64,000 nt of DNA from the human T2T-CHM13v2.0 reference genome, Homo sapiens, in the NCBI RefSeq assembly GCF_009914755.1, contig NC_060930.1; one strand, written 5' to 3'. Position numbers and translations under genes: made by a program. Positions 53,685 through 64,000 of the stretch are shown here, piece by piece. Position 1 is the first letter of the stretch. Every line of letters starts with the position of its first letter. The notes below the pieces were generated by a model, which worked only from the letters and a program-made list of their open reading frames with translations, was not told the DNA's origin and made no database searches.

Positions 53685-56180
53685 AAAATATTGTAGTTTT
53701 TAGAGTAATTTTAGATTCACAGAAAAATTAAGTAGGAAGTACAGACATTTCTCACATAGCCCCTAAACCCTCACATATATAGCCTCTCCCATTATGAACA
53801 TTCCCCACTAGAGTGGCATATTTGTTACCATTGTGAACCTACATGGCACAGTATTATCATCCAAAGTTCATAGTTTACATCAGGGTTTATCCTTAGTGTT
53901 ATTCATTCTATGGGTTTGGACCATGTAAAATGACATGTATCCACTACTATGATTATCATACCAAATATTTTCACTGCTCTAAAATGCTCTGTGTACCACC
54001 TCGCTCTTTCTCACCCTCAGCCACTACTTTCTCAGTAGTTCTGCCTTTTCCAGAATGTCATATGGTTTAAATCATACAGATGTAGCCTTTTCATATTGAC
54101 TTCTTTTCACTCAGTAATAACATTTAAGTTTTCTCCGTATCTTCTCATGGCTTGATAACTGATTTGCTTTTAGCTCTGATTAATATTCCATTGTCTATAT
54201 TTACCGCACTTTATTTACACATTCACCCACTGAAGGACATCTTTGTTGCTTCCAAATTTTGGCAATATGAAGAAAGCTGCTATAAACATCCATGTGCATA
54301 TTACTGTGTGGACATAAATTTTCAACCCCTTTGAGTAAATACTAAGGATCATGATTGCCAGATCATATAATAAGAATATATTTAGTTTTGTAAGAAACTG
54401 CCAAACTGTGTACTAAAGTGGCTGCATCATTTTTGCATTTCCACCAGGAATAAATGAGAGTTCTTATTGCTCCACATCTTCATCAGCATTTGGTGGTGTC
54501 AGTGTTCTGGATTTAGCCATCTTAATCGGTGTGTAGTGGCTTCTTATTGTTGTTTCAATTTCCATTTCCCTGGTGACATAAGATGCAAAATATTTATTCA
54601 TGTGCTTATTTACCATCTATGTGCTTCTTTGGTAAGGTGTCTGTTACCCTTACCAAAGGTATTTGGCCCATTTTTTATTCAAGTTTTTTGTTTTCTTATT
54701 TCTGAATTTTAAGTGTTCTTGATATATTTTGGATAACAGTTCATATCAGTTATAATTTTTGTAAATATTTTCTCCCAGTCTTTGGTTTGTCTTTTTATTC
54801 TCCGGACAGTGTATTTCACAGAGCAGAAATTTTTAATTTTAATGAAGTACAGATTATCAATTCTTCTTTTCATAGATCATGCCTTTGGTTTTATATCTCA
54901 AAAGTCATTGTCAAACCCAACGTCACCTATATATTCTCCTATGCTATCTTCTAGGAGGCTTATAAGTTTGTGTTTTATGTTTAGGTCTGTAATCCATTTT
55001 GAGTTAATTTTTGTGAAAAGCATAAAAACATAGATTTATGTTTTTGCATGTCGATGCCCAGTTGTTCCAGCACCATTGTTAAAAAAATCTATCCTTATTC
55101 TATTGTATTATTCCCTTTGCTCCTTTATTGGAGATTGATTAGCTATGTTTAGTGGCTTTCTATTCCATTGATCTCTGTCTATTTTCTTCACGTATACCAC
55201 GCTGTGTTGATTACTGCAGCTTTTTAGAAAGACTTGAAGTTGAGTAGTGTCAGTCCTCCAGCTTTGGTCTTCTCTTCTCTTTCAATATTGTGTTGGCTAA
55301 TCTGGGTTTTCTACCTCTCCATATAAACTTTAGGATTAGATTTTTTATATCTACAAAAGTATTTGCTAAAGTTTTGATTGGAATTTCACTGTATCTACCA
55401 TTCAGATCAAGTTGGAAAGAACTGAAATCTTGAAAGTATTGAATCTTCATATCCATGATTGTGGAATATTTCTTCATTTATTTAGTTTTTTTTTTATTTC
55501 TTTTAACAGAGTTTTGTAGTTTTCCTTATATAAATCTTGTACATATTTTGTTAGATTTATACCTAAGTATCTCATTTTTGTGGATGCTAATGTAAATAGT
55601 ATTGTATTTTTAATTTCAAATTCCACTTGTTCAGGATAGACTGGATTAAGAAAATGTGGCACATATACACCATGGAATACTATGCAGCCATAAAAAATGA
55701 TGAGTTCATGTCCTTTGCAGGGACATGGATGAAGCTGGAAACGATCAGTCTCAGCAAACTATCACAAGGACAAAAAACCAAACACAGCATGTTCTCACTC
55801 ATAGGTGGGAATTGAACAATGAGAACACATGGACACAGGAGGGGGAACATCACACTCTGGGGACTGTTGTGGGGTGGCGGGAGGGGGAGGGATAGCATTA
55901 GGAGATATACCTAATGTTAAATAACGAGTTAATGGGTGCAGCACAGCAACATGGCACATGTATACATATGTAACTAACTTGCATGTTGTGTACATGTACC
56001 CTAAAACTTAAAGTATAATAAAAAAAATTCCACTTGTTCATTACTGATATATAGAAAAGAGGTTGACTTTTGTATATTAGCCTTGTATCTATCCTGCATC
56101 CTTGCTATAATCATTTATTAGTTCCAGTAAGTTTTTTGTTGTTGTTGTTGATTCTTTTGAATTTCTACATAGACAATCAT
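53685..56180 (-). mobile_element. L1MC-type 3' end/ORF2 (antisense), interrupted by L1PA
   Basis: Same L1MC 3' motifs as the 8-kb copy; peptides MRYLGINLTKYVQDLYKENYKTLLKEIK and ILKFIWRGRKPRLANTILKEK. Confidence 0.88.
55634..56024 (+). mobile_element. 5'-truncated young L1PA (~390 bp)
   Basis: DWIKKMWHIYTMEYYAAIKNDEFMSFAGTWMKLETI; ends taaaacttaaagtataataaaa; perfect 16-bp TSD aaattccacttgttca. Confidence 0.95.
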
Positions 56181-56202
56181 CAAATAGGTTTTAAAAAAAT
56201 TG

Positions 56203-56749
<547 letters not shown>

Positions 56750-58559
56750 TCAAAATTATTCTTTCAGAACTTTGATTAAGATGAAAAGGAGAATAGCTGC
56801 ATACCAGGGAAGGGGATTCAGTGGAGAGTTTTTGAGAGTCAAGGATACATGAATAATTGTATGTCCTCAAGATAAAATAACTTTATAGAAGGACAAAATG
56901 AAGTTACAAAGAGATATGTAGGAAATGTATGAAAGTTCTGAATCACAGAGATGAAATTTTAAAAATATATGTAACACCAGTTATATCTTAGAGTTCTGTC
57001 AATGGAAACTCAGACTGCCCATAAATAACTTTTATATCTGGAGAAAACTGGCTGATTATTATCTCTGAAGGGGTCAGGAAGAGTTATAATCTTGAGTAAA
57101 AATGAAGAAGTGTAGTTTTAGAAAGAACTGTGCATACTTCTTATACTGAAATAGGTAGGAGAAGTGCTTAACCTAAATAAATAAATAATAAATAGCTGAA
57201 TTCCAGTTAATTTCTTGGACAATAACTTGATTGAACAAATAGTATAATCTTTACTCATTTACTTGCCAAAAAAAGGGACACAAGGAAATAGAGTAGTGTT
57301 TAGAAGCTTAACCTTTAGAAATACCAAGACCTGAGATTGAAACACAGGCAAATTTCTTACTTTTTCTATATCTCATTTTTTTCATTATTAGGGAGGAAAA
57401 AAAGTAGTATTCTTTACAAAAAAGAGTAGTATTCTTTACAGTGTACATTCTAGAATTGCTCTGAGAATTTCTCTGTGCCCTAGGATTTAATTTCCTGAAC
57501 TATCCTACTTCAGTTTCTTTTTCTAATTCATTCCACAGCTTGTCCTCTCTCATTGAAATTATACTCTCATATCCCTTAGGTCTTTTCTGGTTTTCTCACT
57601 GTTTCAGGGCTAGAGTGTTCATGGAATCCACTGGGAAATATCCATTCTTGTCATGTCTCCTCAAACTTGATTCCAAGGACACTTCTATCTTTGAGTTTCT
57701 TTTGTGGGTGTTCTCACCCCAACCCAGTTTGGCCTGAGTATCTGTGTGGGTCACATATAACCAATATTCCTTTATTTATCTATCTTTGTCAGTTTTATCT
57801 TTTAAAATGTTTTGTCTATATCATATTTCTAGACTAATAATTCATGTATTAATAAAAGACAACTAATTAATAATCAGTATTTGTAATTACCATGAGACAA
57901 ATAGCATAAAAGCATTCAAGTGGTGTAATCCTAATCAAAAGAAAGGAAACAAGGTGCTTGGTTTAAACTAGTAAGGCTCATAATATGGGTAGATAACTTA
58001 AGTTTGGAGCTTAAGTTTGGAGCTCTCCGTGGTAAAATACAGTCTTTATACTTGGAATTATTGGAATAGATGACCATAAAAAAAACTCTCACAAGTCTAA
58101 AAAGTGGGTATTTAATACTTATGATAACAATACCAAAAGAAAAAAAAATACAGATAGCACTACGATTTTATTGTTTGATCCTTGGTTTCAGAAAGGCTTA
58201 TAATATACTTGAAGTGACTAGATCTACAGAAAGATACATATTACATTGCTATAAAAACTTTTATGTCAAAAAGAGTATAAGACAAGTGTATTTAGAAAAA
58301 CTATCCAGCAGGGGATCATGTAGCAGGTGAAGTGAGTATTGAAAGTGAGCTGAAATTAGGATAAGCAAAAACAGAGGGAAAATACAGTTATTTAAGGAGA
58401 AAAAGTGATGCCAGAAATAAATGAGCAAAACAAGGATTAGGATCTGACTAGGGGTCATTTTAAGACTGAGTTGTGCAAATATATTTGACCAGTGGATTTG
58501 CTACATAGAAATCACTCATTTAGTATTTGCCAAATGAACATGGAATGAATAAAATGCAT

Positions 58560-58806
58560 TTCATTAGACTATCTGTTACTCCTCCTTACTGAAAGTTATT
58601 TATTAATTTTTTTATTGTTGCTATTGTTGGTTGCTCCCCTTCAAGTACTTGACTTCATGACTCACTGGCTTCTTTTCAATCCTTTTCTCATCTCTTTTTT
58701 TCTATTAAATCACTAGGTGAGCTCCTGCAGACTCCTGGCTTTAGATACCATCTTTATGCTGATGACTTCCAAATATTATTTCCAATCTGACCTCTTTGTC
58801 TCTCTC

Positions 58807-58843
<37 letters not shown>

Positions 58844-59800
58844 ACTACCTCCTTAGCATCTCCACTTGGATATCTGATATAGACTTTAAATTTGACATGT
58901 TCAAAAGAGAACTCTTGATTTTCATTTATCATTCCCACAAAAATTTTTTTCTCCCCCAGTCTTCTCCATTAGTAGAGAGTACTGCCATTCATCCAGCTGA
59001 CAAATCCAAAAACCAAGGGGTTGTATTCAATACCTAATTCCCTTAAACTCCACAATCAATTTATTAGTGAATTCTGTTGACTCAATTTTCAACATGTATA
59101 TAGAATCTGATAGTTTCTCATCATTTCCAACACTATTTTTCTATCTTCTCTAGACTAGAAGATTGCAGTAAACTTCCTAAATACTCTCTCTGTTTCTATT
59201 CGTATATGCTTCAGTCTCTATTTCTTATTTTACACATTATAGCCACAGTGATCCTTTTGCAATTAGAAGCAGATCAGTTCACTTCTGTAGCTCAAAACTT
59301 TTAATGGTTTTCCGTCTACTTAGGATAAAACTCAAACTCATTTTCTTGGCCTTAACCAAACAAAAGCCTGGCATGATCTGGCTCCTCTCCACCTTACAAC
59401 TTTCCCCTTGCTTACTCAGTTCAGGTTCACTGGCCCTATCATGTTTTACTAACATACCACAAGTTGTTTACACACCTCTCATCTGCATCTTTAAATAGCA
59501 TGCTCCTTTCACATGCTGGTCAAATCACTCCCTATTCAGGTATCCCTTTCCAAAGCAAATGATCTGAAACAGGACCCCTTATTGCTATGCATGTTCTCTA
59601 CCTTCTTGCTGTGTTTATTTTTTGAACTATTATATAAACTTGTATTATCCCTTTTTATTTCATTTACTTATTACCTGTGTATCAAACCCTCATGGAGACT
59701 CTATCAAGGTCGGTGCTTCTGCTTTGCTCTCAACTGTGTTCCCAGCGTCTAGAACAGAACAATGTAAGTGCTTAGTAGATACATGTTCAATACATGAATA
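58560..59800 (+). mobile_element. L2 3' portion with internal (TG)n (58811-58841)
   Basis: taccatctttatgctgatgacttccaaat; atctccacttggatatct; ccacagtgatcctttt; 3' end gtgcttagtagatacatgttcaatacatgaat. Confidence 0.8.
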
Positions 59801-59879
59801 AGACTAAATATTGCTTATTTTCTTGTATATTATCTCCTTTGGTAAGTTGGGTAAGAGAGCTTTATCTGTAAAGCAATAA

Positions 59880-60140
59880 AGTAGGGTTAGTATAATCATT
59901 GAAATTGTATGCCCTAGAGTCCAACTGCTTGGATTTAAACAAATCCAAGCTCCTTCAGATGTGATCTTACATTATCTTGAATACTTGCTTAAGTTGCCTA
60001 TGCCTTAGTTTTATTTCAATGTAAAAAAAAAGGACTAATAATGATGCCTGTATACAGAGTTGTAAGAATTAAATGAGGAACACATCCAAAGCATTTAGAA
60101 CAGTGTCTGACATGCAGAAGCATTAAGTAGATGCTAGGTT
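59880..60140 (+). mobile_element. MIR
   Basis: gagttgtaagaattaaatgag..aaagcatttagaacagtgtctgaca. Confidence 0.75.
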
Positions 60141-60207
60141 TTATTTCCCCTTAATTTGTTTTATTCTAATTTGACATCCTCAAAGGTATGGTTACAGATA
60201 TTCAGTA

Positions 60208-60504
60208 TTTTTTTTTCAGATAGGGGACTCACTCTGTTGTCCAGACTGGAGTACAGTGGCACCACCACAGCTCACTGCAGCCTCAACATCCCCGGGCTCA
60301 AGCGATCCAACTGCCTCATCCTCCCAAGTAGCTGGGACTACAGACACACAACAGTACACCTGATTAATTTTTATTTTTAGTTTTTGTAGAGATGGGGTCT
60401 TCCTACATTGCCCAGACTGTTCTTGAACTCCTGGGCTCAAGCAATCCTTGCATCTCGGCTTCCCAAAGTGCTGGGATAACAGGTGTGAGCCACCATGCCT
60501 GGCC
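60208..60504 (-). mobile_element. AluJ
   Basis: Reverse dimer, cacagctcactgcagcctc, ctcctgggctcaagcaatcc. Confidence 0.92.
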
Positions 60505-61020
60505 CATCATGCATATTAAAATCCCTCATTGAAAGGGAAGAGCACGTTTTTTTCTCTTTTTCCCTGACTTTTTCTCTGGCTGGGCCACTACTAAGCAATT
60601 ATCACTGAAGTTATAACTCCTGCTCTTCCTATGAGGACATTCAGTGGATCCCTTGATTTGATACTTTATCCTTTTATTCACTTGGTTATGATATAAGTAC
60701 ATTAGAAGAATCTGGCTTCCTTTTTGCTAAATCCTGTTCTTCAGTTCATCTTATTATTTGGCCTTCATGAAGGTAATTTAATTCATAAGACAATTTGACA
60801 GGGCCAATACACATTCTTTTATCACATCCAACAGATTCAGATAATTGAATGCATTAAGCAAGGCTTTATCCTTAGAGTCAAGATTAATCCAATCCTCATA
60901 CAGAAACTTTGTGATAGCAAAAACTTGCAAATCAGGTTAATTAAATTAGTAAAGTTTTAGAACCACAGCACTTTCTGTAGCATGTCAATCTACTAAAAAT
61001 ATTAAAAATTACTGGTTAAC

Positions 61021-61325
<305 letters not shown>

Positions 61326-61479
61326 TTACTGGTTAACACATAGGACAATTTGAATAATTCATTAAGCATTGTGAAGGAAATGAAGATAAATAGGTTTATG
61401 AAATTTTTCTTCAAATACTTAACCTCTAGAAGGGAAAATATATAACTACATTTACAATAAAAGATAGAAAAAAATAGAT

Positions 61480-62400
61480 ACTTAAAGGAAATGTCTACAA
61501 AGTACTATAGGAGGTGAGCTGAAGCAACAATTATTTCTGAATGATTGCATTATGGGAAATTTCATTGATAGGTAATGTTTAAGGAGGTCCTTGAAGGAAA
61601 AATTATTTTGAGACATGAGAACATGATCTGGGAGAAGGAATAACATTCCAATATGGAGGAGCATCATAAGCAAACCCATCAAGGCTGAAAATTTTGGTAC
61701 ATATGTGAGGCAAAGGAAGAAGTTATTTGGACTGTAGCCTTTAAATGGATTCCTAAATAAATTTGGAAAAGTATGTTGGTATATATTATAGCATATTAGG
61801 AGGAAAGTTTGGGTTTCATAGTCAAAAGAAAATGACTGCAGTTGAGGAAAATTGGTCAAGAATAATATGTAAGGTGCTTGTATGTGGGAAAGACAGGAGG
61901 CAGAGTGACCAGAGAAGGGAGTATTCCTATCCCTAAGACAAAAGAGTTTGAACTAGGATTTAAGCAGTGACGATAGAAAACAAAGGAAATAGAAGTAAAA
62001 TCAGTGAGTCTTAGAAACTGCTAACTTCTGTAGGGTGGGCTAAAGGAAAAGATGCAGTGATCCTGAGGGCTTAAGGCTGGGAAATGGAGTGTTGGCAAGG
62101 ACACTTAAAGAGCGGCCATTTGGACAGGCGAGTGAAGAGTTGTTTTTTTACAGCCTGGGTTTGGGCATCAAGCATTCATCTAGACATACTTAATTGGTAG
62201 TAAGCTTCTGAGTCTGGTAACATAAAGCAATGGTTAAAGCTGAAGGGTCTTGAAGTCTGTAGGCAGTAAGAGCTGAATTAAGGATGAAAGTGATTCTCAA
62301 GGGAATGTGGAGAAGAAAAGCTAGAGACAATCCACAAGAAGCAACCACATATATGAAGCAATGGAGGAAGAGAAGACAAAGAAAGTAGTCAGATTATTTA
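61480..62400 (-). mobile_element. L2 fragment (antisense)
   Basis: Purine-rich L2 motifs (acaggaggcagagtgaccag; tgaactagga; atgcagtgatcctgagggcttaaggctggg). Confidence 0.6.
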
Positions 62401-62519
62401 GAGACAGAGAATACAGCCATTAGTTTTGTAAGTAACAATCGTCTGATTTCCACCTATGAGACATGTAGGAATCCTGTACCAATGGGGATTGGTGTGTGGA
62501 GCCAGAATGAACAATTCAA

Positions 62520-62680
62520 AACAAATCCTAGAAGGCCAATCTAGTTAGTCTTCTATCCAATCTGATGGGGTGAAACAGAAAATTATAATAGAAGGTAAGA
62601 GAAAATTGAAACCAATGACATCCAGTGAATACAGGAGGGCTCAGAGCCAGGTGATTAGTCTAGAAGCAGAGGTTTGTTTT
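62520..62680 (-). mobile_element. MIR
   Basis: atagaaggtaagagaaaattgaaacc..ggtgattagt..gaagcagagg. Confidence 0.45.
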
Positions 62681-64000
62681 AAAGGGAGTTTTACCATGAG
62701 CTTGGGCAAGAGGAAAATCCCTAAGTACATAGTCCTGATCTGGATGGTGGTGAATAATCTGATTATAGATAGAGAATACCACCATTTTAATCACATTTTT
62801 TTCCACTTGTGACCTCAGCTTCAGCCCAGGGTTTGTCTAAGGCCAAGTACATGGCTGGGAAATCAGGAGATGTGATGAGGTGGTCCAATAAAAAAACATT
62901 TGAATGAGGGTTCAAACACTTTCTGAAGAACATCCCAAACTGCATTAACTGCAGGAGTTCATATGGAAACAAGTATGCTTGGAAAATTATTGGCCCGAGG
63001 GAAGACTTTCTGCAAGACTGAGGAGCCTTCTGGGGAAGAACTCACCCCAAGTGAAGAAGCAGCCTATAAATAGATGCTATACACTTTAGTGGTTGAAGGA
63101 AAGTCGTGATTCAAAGCACAAAATCATAAATAAAAGAGTGATTTTACAAAAATCTCTTAAAATAGTCAAGCTCAATAAATACTTTAAAGGACTATGCCCA
63201 AAGTGAAGGAAGGAATTGCCTTCCACCTCTTAGATACATAAAGTGGGCAGCATGACAGCTCTAGCACATCAGAGCTGGTGCTCTGTAGGGGTGATACTGG
63301 GTCAGAGGAGAGGTTGTGGAGCACTGTGGGCCAGTGGCAGTAATTGCAGTTCCTATAGGAGCAGCAAGGGTTCAATGGAAGTGGGTTTATTTGTGAATAC
63401 ATGTGCAACACTTGTACAATATTCAATACTAAAAGCTGCCCTCCCCCAATCCCAAATTCTAATGTGTATATGTGTATGTGCATGCTCACACACATGTGAT
63501 CTCATGGGTTTATTACATAATCATTTCAAAAATAGATACAGATGCAGCTTCATGTAGTAGAATCGATACATCAGTGAAATTTGAATTATTTCCATTAATG
63601 TGCCGGGTTTGCCACACAGATTGGTAAATTACATGTACAATTAAATAAATGTTCTCAGATTTTCCAACAACTCCTGATACACAGTGGAACTAGGTTATAA
63701 ATGATGATAACTGCCTTTTAAAAAATATATGAACTATAGCTGCAGCTGCTGTAAGGATTCTGGAGGGGTTTGCAACTACCCACTCATTTCCTAAACTAAC
63801 TATTTGGCTAAAGTTTCAAATTCAGAGAGTTTGCTCTAGCTGTCATCTTGAGTTTGTCTCTGATATTGCATTATCTTTAGTTCAATGAAACCTCTAAATC
63901 ACAATCCTTTTTGCTTAGATCAAATTGGACTTCCAGGAATTATGTGTAAAACAGACATAGCATATAAGCATTATATAACTATAAATTATGATTCAATGCA

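Overview
AT-rich, repeat-dense primate genomic DNA. An AluY with a clean target-site duplication (TSD) points to a catarrhine, plausibly human. I found no intact protein-coding gene, no CpG island and no prokaryotic-type system. Almost all listed ORFs are chance ORFs or translations of Alu, L1 or Tigger remnants. The recognisable gene-derived parts are two processed pseudogenes: RPL10 (- strand, ~6.6-7.4 kb, interrupted by a MADE1 MITE) and RPSA (+ strand, 28.6-29.6 kb). There is also a near full-length Tigger2 transposon, a twin-primed (5'-inverted) L1PA, a 3'-truncated L1P with its 5'UTR and many older LINE/SINE/LTR/DNA-transposon fragments. The structure that repeat annotation does not explain is a set of short, locally templated copies of different ages. 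These are two ~250-bp inverted insertions (24.7k<->25.5k; 53.3k<->54.8k), a 73-bp direct copy (3.56k/6.13k), an Alu-flank patch shared between Alus 54.7 kb apart, an inverted copy of the empty target site replacing the left end of a MER1B, a probable ancient L1ME duplication, and a perfect 23-bp hairpin. Repeat subfamily names come from remembered consensus sequences, and boundaries of old repeats are approximate.
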